From Lama guanicoe (Eukaryota), in contig MU054220.1 of the NCBI GenBank assembly GCA_013239625.1, positions 1,169,509 through 1,233,508 of the forward strand: a stretch of 64,000 bases of DNA, written 5' to 3'. The notes under the pieces were generated by a model. It searched no databases, was not told where the DNA came from, and was given only the letters and a program-made list of their open reading frames with translations. Shown piece after piece: positions 51,562-64,000 of the stretch. Every line of letters starts with the position of its first letter. The stretch's first letter is position 1. Both the position numbers and the translations under genes were made by a program.

Positions 51562-51649
51562 CTTTTCTTTCTCCAGAAGATGAAGCCGCCCACAGCCACA
51601 ATGACCAAGGCACCGAAGATGCAGCCAAAAACTGCTCCGCAGATGACAC
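51562..51649 (-). CDS. PTPRJ: PTPRJ exon 15 (88 nt), transmembrane helix: GVICGAVFGCIFGALVIVAVGGFIFWRKKR
   Basis: Hydrophobic helix plus basic stop-transfer; AG/GT flanks. Confidence 0.97.
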
Positions 51650-51710
51650 CTGGGAAAAGTCCGAGAGGGATGTACTTCAAGAGATGCTCACGGACCATCG
51701 GTCGGGAGTC

Positions 51711-51782
51711 AGAGAGTGTGAGAGAGAGAGAGTGTGTGTGTGTGTGAGTGTGTGTGTGTGTGTGTGAGTGAGTGAGTGTGTG
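51711..51782. repeat. Compound (AG)n(TG)n/(TGAG)n microsatellite
   Basis: Directly visible, ~60 nt upstream of the TM exon acceptor. Confidence 0.9.
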
Positions 51783-52861
51783 TAGCAGAGGAGAGGTAAA
51801 CAGCTCTGGACTTAAACTCGCACTTGGAAGCGAGTTCTCTGCTCCCAGCCCACCACTAACTGGATGGTCTTGAGAAAGTAGCTGTTCCTCACCAGGCTGC
51901 AGTTTCCTCAACTGCAAATAGAGGGAACTGAGCTATCGGGCTGTTCTCACCCCCTGCTTTCTCTCTGCAAATGAAACGGTGTGCAGCAACCCCGTGTATG
52001 AGACAAAACCAGGCAGAGACGCTCTTGCTGAGGTCGGGGAGGGAGGGGCGGGGAGCATCTTAGGACGGAGCTCTTTGGTGAAGTGACTACTGCCTGAAAA
52101 CCCCAAGATGAGATGTTCCACCGCCGACTTTTGGAGACTCACACCCACGTACAAGCAGAAGTAGCTACAGCACATAGTGACATAAAACCCATCTGTTTCC
52201 AGGGAAAGACTATGGGGACCCCCTGAACTTTGAGGCTTCTTTTTTGAAGCCAACAACCACTGAGTAGGGAAACCAGACACATTAATGAAGCTGTCTGTCA
52301 GTCTGTCTCTGGCCTAAAGGTAGGGGACGTACCCTCCTTGGGTCCTTAAAGCTCCTAAATCACTTTGTTCTGGTTGATAAAGTACAGGAGTACTTTGCGA
52401 GGAGTCCAAGCCCTGCCTCGAAGGCACTGTGCAACCCTGGGCAAAGACACTGTCCCTCTCTGGGCCTTAATAGCCTCATTTATAAAAGGAGGGTTGGACG
52501 AGATGGTTTCCTTGTCTCCTTCTAATCCTAATATTCAGGGGTGCCACACACTAAAAGTCACATGTGTGTCTGGCACGTGGGCACACAAATGACTACACGG
52601 AGGAGAAAGGACCTGCAGTCTTTGCAGACTGGAAATGCAAGTGGGATTCGGAGAAGGCAGTGTGGTGGGCGGGGCTTTGGGGACCTCAAAAGAGGAAGCT
52701 GAGCTGGGTCCCAATGGCCAAGTGACATCTCAACTTCTGAGAGGAGAGACTGGGCTCTCCAACCCTCTTGGGGCCCCAGGAAGGCGTGCAGACACCCATC
52801 CTTCTGCAGACACTGAAAGCAAAAGCCCAGGGAATTGCTAACAGCACTGATGCTCCTCTAC

Positions 52862-52986
52862 CTGGATCCTGCGGCAAGAAAACAGCATCTGAATAGCGAC
52901 TGAAGGACACATAGCTCTCGGCCCCATCGATGAGTCCGTCACCATGAGGGTTGAAGGTAATATTGGTGAAGCCGGCCACAGAAGCC
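52862..52986 (-). CDS. PTPRJ: PTPRJ exon 14 (125 nt): ASVAGFTNITFNPHGDGLIDGAESYVSFSRYSDAVFLPQDP
   Basis: AG/GT flanks, phase consistent. Confidence 0.96.
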
Positions 52987-53101
52987 CTGTGGGACGACAA
53001 GAGGAAAAAGAGGAGGCTGGAACGTGTCTGACACCCCAGGCAGGTAAAGCTTTGCACCTCCAGGCCCAGCCCCCCAAAGAGCAAGGACCCCCAGGCGTTA
53101 C

Positions 53102-53312
53102 CGATAGGAGCCCAGAGGCTCCAGTTTCCCGTTGTAGTAGCCATGCGTGGTGGACTCATTCCCAACGTTGACTTCGTATTTCAAGGCTCCGGACAAGCCC
53201 TGAGAACGCCTCTTCTCCTCTGTCGTGATGAGGTAAGTCACATACGTATCCGAGGCCCCCTTTTTGAAGTCTTCGTATGTATATCTCAAGACATCTTCTG
53301 ATGGCCAAATGT
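53102..53312 (-). CDS. PTPRJ: PTPRJ exon 13 (211 nt): DIWPSEDVLRYTYEDFKKGASDTYVTYL...YYNGKLEPLGSYR
   Basis: AG/GT flanks, phase consistent. Confidence 0.96.
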
Positions 53313-54248
53313 CTAAGAAAGGCCCACAGAAGGAAAGGGGTAAGAAAGTGATTGCAGAGATTTTAGTCTCCCGGGTATCCACTAATGACCTTGGCTCTGG
53401 GTGATGGTAGGGACAGGTACCATCCCTCACGTGTGCGCTCTCTGCCAGGTTTTCCTCATTGCTATGTTCTAAGTGCTTTAGTTACATTAACTCATTTAAT
53501 CTCCATAATAATCTCATCACATAGGTTTACTACCCCCACTTTACAGATGGGAAGATGAAGGCACAGAAAGATAAAAGGACCTGGGCCCAAAGCTGCACTG
53601 TCTATGAGGTGGAGTCGAATTTCTAACCCAGACCATCTGACATGGAGCGTGTGGCCTCATCCACCACAGGCTGGTACTGGTCAGACTGGTCACTATGCAA
53701 CACGGTCCCCCTCATTCGGCAAAGGTCTGAGCTTGGGATCTGCTGAAAACCTTCACAGCGAAAGGACAAGTATTTGAAACAGACCCAAAACAAAAGACAG
53801 AGGGAAAGAGATCTCAACATCTCTTTCTCGAATTTTGCCGCAGGTTTATAACATCAGCAGATCCCTTGTCTTCCCGGATCCCGGCAGCCCTGACAGTGTG
53901 TCTGATCTCTGTCTTCCTCGAGAAGATGAGGCCACCATCACAGGCTGAGGGGCTGGGCAGGGCCGGCACTGCATTCTCCACAGTTAAAGAATCACCAAAA
54001 ACAGCAACACTTGGCACTTTAAAGCCGGACCTGAGGCAAAGCCCCCACACACAGCTAACAAAGACACCCTCAAACATCCCCTTCTTCCTTCCAAGGGATG
54101 TAACGGAGCCCTTTAAGGGAAAGCAGCCTTGAATCCGCCTCCTCTCTCAGCTATGGCAATGCTCTCTGCAACTTCCCACTACCAGTGCAAATTCTTTTCT
54201 CTTTTCTTCCAAGAGAAAGTCACTCTTTGAGGATGATTTGAGCGTGTG

Positions 54249-54250
<2 letters not shown>

Positions 54251-54289
<39 letters not shown>
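54251..54289. repeat. (TG)n microsatellite
   Basis: Directly visible. Confidence 0.95.
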
Positions 54290-54291
<2 letters not shown>

Positions 54292-54360
54292 GACTTGGTT
54301 AAGACTAACATTCTGCCACCTAAAAGACCCTATGCTGCAAAAAAGATGAAAAATCTAGAT

Positions 54361-54547
54361 CAGAGGTAAGCAAGTTACAGCCAGCCACCCGTCTTAGTAA
54401 ATACTGGAACAGTCACACTCACACTTTGCGTATCTTCTACAGCGGCTTTCACGCCACGATGGCAGAGCTGACTAGCTGAGAAGGAGACTGTAAGCTTGCA
54501 AAGCTTGGAGTATTTGCTGTCTGGCCCTTTGAAGTTTGTCAACCTCT
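54361..54547. mobile_element. MER58-like hAT relic
   Basis: cagaggtaagcaag...tatttgctgtctggccctttgaagtttgtcaacctct. Confidence 0.55.
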
Positions 54548-54721
54548 AACCTAACTCATCAGGCAAATGGCTTACCCCCACCCACCCCTGGGTGAACGCC
54601 AAAGTGTGGGCCGCAGCATGAAGACATGTGTCCGTCCCACTATGGGCTTCCGTGGCACAGAAATGGGGCCCGGTCACGCCATCACGCCCTGGCTGTTTAA
54701 CCCGTAATGACCTCTCCTTAC

Positions 54722-54853
54722 CTTTCCCGGTGGTGAGAATGAGAGCATAGGCTTTGATGGGTCCATGGCTGGCTTCAAATTCGCTGAATTTGACCTTCAC
54801 CGAATTGTGACTGATAGACGTAATGTTAGGGGACCCATCTGGAGAAGGGGGGT
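54722..54853 (-). CDS. PTPRJ: PTPRJ exon 12 (132 nt): DPPSPDGSPNITSISHNSVKVKFSEFEASHGPIKAYALILTTGK
   Basis: AG/GT flanks, phase 1-1. Confidence 0.96.
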
Positions 54854-55954
54854 CTGAGATAGAACAGAGCATGATCACCCAACACGTAAAGCCAAAGAAG
54901 GAACAAATGTATTAAGGAGAGAATTTGCTGCAGGGTCCCCCTCAAGTTCTGCCCTTGCTCTGGAAGCTGCGTGCTGGGCTTATGCAAAGCTCTTCCAGTG
55001 CAGAGGGCAGGGAAGGGAACTGGTGAGGAACAGAGATGGCAGATGCTGGGGGAGCCTGCCTAGTTCACAATGACCCCTCCAGTGGGTCCAGCCGCACCCC
55101 CGGGGTGGCACCCTGGCAGCCTTGTTTGTAGACCATAACCTGCCTTTTCTATCTTCCCTCCTGACCCAGAGGGGCCAGGTTCCTTATCCTGAGAATGGAG
55201 CAGGGTTGGGGGGGGAGCGGGGAGAGACTGTGTGGGTGGAACTCTAAAATGGGGACCTGGGAGCTGCACGTGGGCTTGGCACTGGGATCGCTCCGCTGAG
55301 AACAGGGATGGAGCAGATGACAGAGGGAAGCAAAGATAACACACAAGGGACACACCTTCTCCCGAGACCTGGCTGCACTCCTGCCTGTGCCCTTCACACT
55401 CAAGTCCTCAGTTTTGCTGGGGCTGGTTTAAAACTCCACCCAGAGAAACTCACCCGACCTTCTTCCCAGAAACCAGAAAAGCCCACACAGGAGAGGGTCT
55501 TCTCTGGGAGACCTTCGTGACCATGGGCCTCACCCTCCTGAGCTAAGCTTGGGGAGCCACTCTCTGAATTGACACACAAGGAAGAAAAAGCTGAATTAAA
55601 GGTAAACCTAAGTTTGTCTCCCACATAGTTTGTTTTCATTGTTATAACCAAGATTTGGGGAGACTGAGAAAATTGAACTCCAAAAAAACCACAACGCAAT
55701 TCTCCAAACATACACAATCCAATATCGCAATCACCAGCCACATGGAGCTGCTCAGCCCTCGAACAGTGACTGGTCCAAGTTTGGATGTAAAATATCTCAC
55801 TAATAACTTACTCTACACAAGTTACATGTCAAAATGATATTTTTAATATACTGAGTTAAATAAAATGTGATCAAAACTCATTTAGCTGCTCCTTTTTACA
55901 TTTTCTTAATATGGCTCCTAGAAAAATTTTAATTATACAAGAAGCTCATATTAT

Positions 55955-56045
55955 TTTCTTTTTTTAACTTTTTTTTTCACTGAAGTATAGTTGACTTACA
56001 ATGTTGTGTTAGTTTCTGGTGATTCAGTTATACAGATATATAAAC

Positions 56046-56079
<34 letters not shown>

Positions 56080-56680
56080 CTTTTCATATCCTTTTCTTTA
56101 CAAGTTACTACAAGCCACTGAATATAGTTCCCTGTGTTATACTGCAGAACCTTGTTGTTTATCTATTCTGTACAGGGTAGTTTGTATCTGCCAATCCCAA
56201 ACCCCCAGTTTATCCCTCCCTCCCCCTTTCCCCACTGGTAACCATAAGTTTGTTTTCTATGCCTATGTGTCTCTTTCTGTTTTGTAAATAAGTTCATTTA
56301 TGTCATTTTTTTTTAGATTCCACATATAAGTGATATCATATGATATTTGTCTTTCTCTGTCTGACTTACTTCACTCAGTATGATAATCTCTAGGTCCATC
56401 TATGTTGCTGCAAATGGCAATATTTCATTCCTTTTTATGGCTGAGTAGTATTCCACTGCATATATATACATTTTCTTTATCCAGCCATCTATTGATGGAC
56501 ATTAGGTTGCTTCCATGTCTTGGCTGTTGTAAATAGTGCTGCTATGAACACTGGGGTGCATGTATCTTTTCAAATTGGAGTTTTCTTTGGATATATGCCC
56601 AGGAGTGGGGTTACTGGATCATATGGTAACTCTATTTTTAGTTTTTTTAAGGAACCTCCATACTGTTCTCCACAGCGGCT
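55955..56680 (-). mobile_element. L1 3' end (antisense) with internal (TA)n, inserted into a MER3/MER33-like relic (~55690-55954, 56689-56720)
   Basis: Poly(T) start, gaagtatagttgacttacaatgttgtg..., aggaacctccatactgttctccacag. Confidence 0.85.
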
Positions 56681-57944
56681 GCAGGCTTGCATTATTTTCC
56701 ATTGGACAGCACAGCTCTAGACCATGCTTCCACATGTTCCCGTGTCTAAGTGTCAACTGCCTCAACAGAGACTTCCTAACAAGGGCTCCAACATTTCCTA
56801 GCAGCTCTATGCCTTTTAGCCATAAGCGAGGAGTCCTCACCCCAAGACTGTCCAGTTGGCAGGCTAGCTCACCCACCTCCAAGCCTGGAAATCCTTTGCT
56901 TCTCACTGCTTACGTCAGTCCTGAGCTCCAGGGACCCTGTCTTCATATCCCGTATCCCCAGGACACCAACAAATGTTGGCTAAAAGACCATCACGCCAAC
57001 ACTCCGAGATTTGCCCATCCTTCAACACTTCCTACCTCTTGGAGAAAACACAGCTCCACTTTTGCGTTAAAAGACATGTTAAATTTGTACATTTAAAAAG
57101 CATGCTAAATATGTACATAAAAATTCATCTGAGGAAAGGAAGATGTAGATTAAGGAGTGAGAAAATCACTGGACTAAATGGTAAGTGGTCATTATACACC
57201 TTAACCACACATGGCTCAGCTTCAGAAACAACTAACTCTGACAAGCGCCTTCTCTTCATGAGGCACTGTGCTCAGCTCTGGTGATATCAAATTAGACACA
57301 GTTTATGTGCCTCAATAGCTTAGACCCAATGAGGTGACATCATAAAACAGAGAACTACAAAAAAGTACCCACAAGGTTCATGGTTTCTATTATGTTCTAC
57401 AGTGCTGCAGAAACACAAAGGATTCTGACCCATGGCCATCATAGACAGTTGTGAGCTACCCAAGTTCAAGGAGCCCCATGCACACAGTAGACTATATGAA
57501 CAATGTCCCATGGAATTGTGCAGTGCACAACCTGAGCAACCACACACGGCAGCTCTAAAGTGGTCTTTCACACACATTATCTCATCTAATTTGTATAACA
57601 GCCCTGTTATTTCCCATTTTTTACAACTAAGGAAAACAAGACTCAGAAAGGTTATGCATCTTTTCTGAGATCACGCACCTCGCAAAAGGCAGACTTTAGA
57701 ATCAAACCCAGGTCTGCCTAAGTCCAAGGCTCTGTCCATAGACTCCCTCAACCACTTTCCAAGTCAGTGTCCCTGAAGAAGGCTTTTCTTCTTACTTTTA
57801 CCACTAATTCTTCAGAAATTATCCGGAAACATTTTGATACCTCACAGGAAATGTGGAGTCAAAAAGCACAAAGCAAAAACAACTCAACCAAGGTGACCTA
57901 AGACATAACTTTGGCAAAGACATGAGGAGCAAAAGGTAGATAAA

Positions 57945-58240
57945 AATGAAGCACAGAATGAATGTAACAAAACAGAAACAGACTCACAGACAAAAAGAGA
58001 ACAAACTAGTGGTTACCAGTCGGGGAAGGGAGGTGGGAGGGGCAAGATAGAGGCAGAGGATTAAGAGAAACAAAATACTGTGTATAAAATAAAAAGTGAC
58101 AAGGATATATTGTATAGCACGGGAAATATAACCAATATTATATAATGGAGTATAATCTATAAAAATCATGAATCACTATGCTGTACACTGGAAACTAATA
58201 TAATATTGTAAATCTACTCTACCACAATTTTTTAAAAAAG
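57945..58240 (+). mobile_element. L1 3'-end fragment
   Basis: aacagaaacagactcacagac...gctgtacactggaaactaatataatattgtaaatc. Confidence 0.8.
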
Positions 58241-59018
58241 GAAAGAATTTCTTCCAAGTACAAAAAAAAAAAAACCAGATGGTCACAAAAAGATTATCTA
58301 GGGGGATCCTCTGTGCAGTGAATAATCCCATTTCCCAAAATGGCTGGGGAACTTGTTAACACAGAGTCTAGGGAAATGTGACTCTTGAATGAATTATCTG
58401 ATAACAGTGGGGAAAAAAAAAAGTAGCATTAAATTTTTTAAGTGTAATGCTTAGTAGTAATGTGGTTATGCTTGGAAGAAGGAGAAAAGGAGTCCCTATC
58501 TTGCAGCAGTACATGGTGAAATATTTACAAATAAAATTACAGAATAACCAGGACCGGTCTCAAATAAATCCAATAAGGGAGGAGAGGATATAAATGAAGA
58601 AAGATTGGTCAAGGGCTCACAAACGTTCATCTGGGGGATGATGGCTACATGGGTTCCATTAAACTGTCCTTCACTTTCATGTATATTTGAACATTTCTGT
58701 AAAAAAGCTTTGTTTTAATAGAGCAGGAGAACTTACTACTTAAAAGAAAACGTGGCAACGAATTATTCTGTAAAGCAAAGGAAAACCTCTGGAATATAAA
58801 AAATAGTTCCCTTTTACTAGATTTCTACAAATTCTATAGAATATATAAACTAGACTTCTGTAGAATTGCGTTAATAGTCTATACCAACAGAAGCAAATAT
58901 TTTAGGATACATTTTTTTAAATAACAGGTTTCTAGGTCCACACTTGCAGACCCTGCGGGTCAGCTTTCCTGGGATGCCCACAATGCCACCCGGCCACCCT
59001 GCCCTCCGTGAACCCCAC

Positions 59019-59309
59019 CTGTGATGCCAGTGAGGCAGGTGTTTTGGGCAGGCAGTGTCGTCTTGTTACAGGACAAGGCAAAGACACTGATGTTGTACAC
59101 GGTAGAAAAATTCAAGTATGTGACCTCCGTCCTGTACTCAGAGCTGTTCTCCGAAGAGCAGCTCTCCAGGGACGTCAGATTCTTCCAGTCTCCACTGCTG
59201 ACCTTCACCTTGAAGCCTGTGTTGGTGCCGACAGGGCAGTTCCACTTGAGGACTAAAGTTGGCTTTTTGGGGACCACTTCACAGTGGAAGGAGGCTACTG
59301 GTGCAGGAT
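59019..59309 (-). CDS. PTPRJ: PTPRJ exon 11 (291 nt), FN3 domain: DPAPVASFHCEVVPKKPTLVLKW...CLTGIT
   Basis: FN3 W/Y pattern; AG acceptor and GTGGGG donor; phase 1-1. Confidence 0.95.
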
Positions 59310-60609
59310 CTGCAAAGCAAGCACAGCACATCACATCATCTAATTTAATAAAAAAAAGAAAAGATTCTGGGGCTTTTGCCTTTGCAAACACTGAGCCTTG
59401 GGGAGCAGCAGAATCCTCGTCCACTGGTGATGAGAAAATAGCCGTGGGATACGGTAGAAGAGGCAGGGGCTGACCTTGAATCAGGCCTTACTGAACTGTG
59501 TGACCCTGGGTCAGTCCCCCAACTGCTCTGAGCCTCAGCTGCAGTCCTATTCGAGGGTTAAATGAAACAGTGGCAGGCTGGGCAAGAACAGGGCTCCACG
59601 AGAGGTAGCTACAACACACAGGGTGGCAGCAACCCCTTCACCTGCGTCACCTCATTTGGGGGCCCTCTTGACAATCCTTCTGGAACAGGAAGAGCTAATA
59701 CTGTCCCATTCTGCAGGTGAATCAACTGAGGCTTAGAGAGATTAAGCAATTTGCAAAAAAGAAGGTGCAGGTCAGTGATGAAGCCAAAACTGGATCCCAG
59801 ATTTTTTTCTAAATCCAGCTCCAGGGCGCTTTCTGTACACACAATGGGCTGAATAATCAATGGTAAATGGAATCAGTTTCTTTGTCTTTAAAATAGGGTA
59901 TTATTTGTCTCCGCCTATCTGAGGGCCAATAGAGTTTTACTGAGGGCCAACCAAAAACCGACAGAAAGGGAAAACTCTGTGTCCATGCACTGAGGGAGAA
60001 TATTATCATGGCTTTAATGGTGCAGTATTTTAAAGCAGGAAAAGCTACAAGGAGTCACCTAGTGCAACTCCCACATTCTCCACCTGACCCCTGGGAAGGT
60101 AACCTGGCCGGTGCACACCCGTTCCCACAGCTCTTGTTCCATCCACCCTCAGTCATAAATGCTTGTGTATATTTTTTCCCCTCCTGCTCTAGGGAAGCCA
60201 CCCACATGCCAAAAGTCAGGGTCTAGACCAGACGGATGGAGCCTGAGTTAGCAGAGGTAACTCAAAGCTGCAGGGATTCTTTAGCTACTCCACATGCAAG
60301 GTCAGAGGTCAACAAGGTGCCAGGTCCTACACTCCCAGGGAGGAGGATCCAGTGAGACCCCTGCCCGCCCTTCCAAATCAGCCTGATGGCACTTGAAAGT
60401 CTTGGCCTAAGGAAGAGATGAGGCAGGTGCGGAGAGGGTGGGGAATGAGATGGTTCAGAGGTGATAAATGCACCAGAACTGCGAGCAGAAGTACTCATAA
60501 CCACCCGCCAAACATTCCCCGGGTTACCCTCCGAAAGCTCCCTCCTTCAGTTAAACACAGGGTTCCTCTTTTCTTTACCACCCTTTTTGCATTGAGACAT
60601 AAGGATCAA

Positions 60610-61170
60610 AAAAGGTAAAAAAGCTGACATCTGTTTTAACAATATCATCTCTGTCTTCTTCAGTGTAAAAGCCCAGCTTTGCACATGCACTACAAGCCTG
60701 GACATCTCCCGCACCTCGGCCCAGCCTTCTCGGGCCTCACTTCCAGCCCCTCGCCCTCCTGCTCCCCTGGATCCACTTCTGCCACCAGGACCTCCTGCCC
60801 TTTCTTCAACACAGCAGGCACACTCCAGCCTCAGGGCCTTTGCACTGGCTGCCCCTCTGCCTGTAACACTCTGTGCCCTGATATCCACATAGCTGGCTTT
60901 TTTCTTCCTTCAAATCTTTGCTCAAAAGTCACCTTTTCCCTGAAGGCTTCCCAAAATAAACATCTCATTTCCCCTGTCCTTGTTTATTTCCATCTCCTTA
61001 GCAGTAATCATTATCCAATAACTTGTTTATCCAATAACTTACTTATCTAGTTTATTATGTCTTCTCCACCAGAACAAAAGTTCCAGAAAGGCAGGGATTT
61101 GTCTGTGTCATCTAACAGTGCCCGGCAGAGAGTAGGTGCTCAATACAAAGCTGTTGACTGAATAAATGAT
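60610..61170 (-). mobile_element. L2 fragment
   Basis: cctcagggcctttgcactggctg...ggcagggatttgtctg...agtaggtgctcaata...tgaataaatga. Confidence 0.7.
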
Positions 61171-61332
61171 GGGGTTCAGTAAGACGAAACTAATAAACTA
61201 ACAGGATCCTCAGAGAGCTCAGTGTCTACTATCACACCCCACACAAAAACTAATCAACCAAAGTTTACTACAAGGATCTACACGCAGGACCACATCACAC
61301 AAGGTGTCCAAGACACACCTGGGACTACGCAC

Positions 61333-61611
61333 CTGTACAGAATGACTGCCAGCCAGGTGCCAGTGACTCGGTGACATCCCCCACCTGTGTGAAGACCTCT
61401 ACTGTGTATGAGGAGCCAGGTATCAATTCGGTGACCGTAGCACTGGTGATGCCGAGGCCCGTGACTACTTGCGTTGTGCTGCCAGAATTTCCATCCTGAT
61501 TAATTAGAAGGCGGTAGGTGTACCTGGAAGAGGCTTCATCAGAGTTCTGCCACCTTAAGGTCGCTGCTGTGGTGTTGGTACTTATTTTGATGTTGAACAC
61601 ATCACTGGGCC
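61333..61611 (-). CDS. PTPRJ: PTPRJ exon 10 (279 nt), FN3 domain: RPSDVFNIKISTNTTAATLRW...QSFCT
   Basis: LIPGSSYTV FN3 motif; AG/GT flanks; phase 1-1. Confidence 0.96.
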
Positions 61612-62383
61612 CTTAGTTTAAGGGGGGAAAAAAAAAGCATGGGTTAGCTGGAATTCCAGGACCATTTTATTAACTGCATCTAAAAATAGCCTGAAAATTA
61701 ATTAATTTAATTTAATCTAATGAAAAATAAAAAGAGCCTGGCTCCTTTTGGGAAAGAATAAATAAAGCTAATATTTGCTGGCTCAAAAGATGGAAGGCTT
61801 CCCAAAAAGACATTCAGAAAATAATTATACAGATTAAATCTCAAAAGAGGAAGGTTTTTCAGGTTTCTTTTAATACTTTAAGTTTATCTGAAATACATTT
61901 TCAAGATGTAGTTTCCTATTTGTTTTTGAAATATGATTAATGAAAAAGAAAAGTGTATGAAAAAGATATTATAAACTACCATCTCTACCATGTATTTAGG
62001 TCAACTATTTGCAAAGCACCTCCCTCACTGTTACACTCAAAGCGCCTCATCTGAGCAGCATCTTCCAATGCCAACACGACAAGGTGACCCCTCTCTACTC
62101 TGTTTTCCCAAGGAATGAATGGAATCATCAGGTTTTCCCTGCTTGTGGGATCACTTTCTGCTTCTGAAGACAATTCCAAGCTCTCGTGGCTCAGCACCAG
62201 TGCGCCACGAGAATAGCAAGAAGTTTCCTGACACCACTGTTTTCAGCACACAGTTTCACGTTCTACCTGGAGCCCCGGAACCCAAGAGCCCCTCACCCCA
62301 GCATTTAACCAAAGCTCACTTCCCATCCTCCAAGTGAAAGTCGGGGGGAACACTCCCTTAGGAGGGCGTCCTAAGACACTTAC

Positions 62384-62641
62384 GTGTGTACTGTGCAGTG
62401 GAGCTGGAGATCCCCTGGACATGGTCCACTTCTGGGAGGATGGTGACGTTATATAAGGTGCCCGGGATCAGGTCCCTGAGCGTGATCCCTTCATGAGAAC
62501 TGTTTGTCCAGTTAGAGCCGTGCTCTGACTCTATAATTACACGGTAGATGTAATCAGGAGCATTGTCTGTATTCCTCCACTCCAGCTGCATGTCAGTCGT
62601 GCTGACACTGACCACGCGGATGTCAAACACTGCACTGGAGT
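62384..62641 (-). CDS. PTPRJ: PTPRJ exon 9 (258 nt), FN3 domain: SSAVFDIRVVSVSTTDMQLEW...STAQYT
   Basis: LIPGTLYNV FN3 motif; AG/GT flanks; phase 1-1; gene continues beyond the window. Confidence 0.96.
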
Positions 62642-63894
62642 CTGGTCGGAGGAAAGGAAGGAGAAAGAGAAGTCTGTAAATGACCATCATAATGTCCAGC
62701 TTTATTCCAAAGTGTCTATCAAGAGAACTTCCTCTTTTGTCATCAGACTCTCAAATGAGTTCACAAATGGCAAACTCCAAAACTTCAGTGAAAAACACAC
62801 ACGCTCAGTTCTTTCAAGAATTTTGGCTGTTCCATAATAGATGAACCTACCAGTGCATCCTACCGGTTTTCTGGTCTTTTGCTTTTGTCATAAAGATGCC
62901 CCTTTTCAGGGGTCTTCTGGAGTGGAAATCCCGTTCAGTTCCTCGACCTGAGTGCTGTGACCAGATGGGTTCAATTCATCAAACTACGCACTTAGGATAT
63001 GTGTGCTTCTCCGTGTGTGTATTATTATCTCAATAAAGTTTTTTTTAATCACTCCCTCAAAAGTAAGTATCTTTCTATTAACATAGTCAGGCATACTGAA
63101 GAGAAAAACTGAAATGGAGAGTTGGCATTTACCAAGCGGGAGCATCTGAGGCTGGAACTGGAAAGGGAATAAAGCACACGCGCCCCGCCCTCAGAGCTGG
63201 GAGTCAGAAGTGAGGTCACCCGCGTGAGTCCTCCGGGGACTGTCCTCAGACCATCGCACCTCCCCACCCTGAACCAGCTGCAAGATAATTGCACAGAGCG
63301 AGGCCCAGGCATAACCAGCCCTACAAGAGGGCTTCTTTTCTGCCCTTGCTTTCACAACTTTTTTCTCTTGACCAGTAACCCAGGTCACTTCTAACAAGAG
63401 GAGTTGGGTGGATAAAGAGGAAAGAAGGAAACAGTTTCACTGTAAGATCCTTTTTTTTTTTTCAAATTTTGCACCACATGCATGTGCTATCTGCTCCCAA
63501 ATTCATTTTCAAGTGGGTTCTCCCCTAAAAGAAAGCAACTTTGGAAGTCTTCTTTCCCTACCCACCAGATGCCTGATGTCAAAGAGATTCCACAGACAAA
63601 AGACCACGAAAGGCAACAATTTTCTATAAACATAATAGTAGAAATAACCTAAATAGTTCGTAAAAAGAGAAGGGCTAAAGACACTGTGATCTGGCTATAG
63701 GATGAAATAACCTGCAGCCTCTAAAAACGTGAAGACATAATAACCATGGGAAGGAAGTTATGGCATATACCAAGTTCAAATGCAAAATAAAGTGATTCAT
63801 ATAATTTTTGCAGTGATATAAACTAAATGTATGTCTGTGGATACAGACAAAAAAGGAATTCAGTTGGGTCAGAAGAGCAGAGTTAAATTTTTAA

Positions 63895-64000
63895 GGGAGG
63901 AGGGGATAGCTCAGTGGTAGAACGTGTACTCAGCATGCACGAGGTCCTGGGTTCAATCCCCGGTACCTCCATGAAATAAATAAATCAAATTCCACCCCCC
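63895..64000 (+). mobile_element. tRNA-derived SINE (vic-1-like)
   Basis: tagctcagtggtagaac...ggttcaatccccggtacctcc plus A-rich tail. Confidence 0.85.

Noticed and set aside
63895..63970. tRNA genes (here and the five related copies)
   Set aside because: Divergent copies with A-rich tails and, in some cases, TSDs; these are SINEs
62642..64000. 3' end of the secreted short PTPRJ isoform in intron 8 (minus-strand AATAAA at 62701-62706)
   Set aside because: The upstream exon is outside the window and nothing here shows that this signal is used

Overview
Mammalian genomic DNA, almost certainly a camelid, judging from six copies of a short tRNA-derived SINE that match my recollection of the camelid vic-1 family. 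The right half (~32.4-62.6 kb, minus strand) holds the last 17 exons of the receptor tyrosine phosphatase PTPRJ/DEP-1/CD148 (exons 9-25 by human numbering). All junctions are GT-AG and in phase, including a 9-nt microexon, and a ~3.5-kb 3'UTR follows. The left half is the edge of a family-4 olfactory receptor cluster: an intact OR4B1 (minus) and a divergently oriented OR4S-like gene (plus) with a frameshift-extended C-terminus. A full-length, TSD-flanked GINS2 processed pseudogene sits in sense orientation directly upstream of the OR4S-like coding exon. Between the OR genes and PTPRJ are a dense homeodomain + O/E (Lhx2/Ebf-type) motif cluster (candidate OR enhancer) and a strong CTCF motif (candidate boundary). 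The rest is L1, SINE, MIR/L2, LTR and hAT relics and microsatellites; several young L1 insertions show 3' transductions or templated 5'-junction duplications. Repeat family names and gene identities come from recognition, not from a database search.
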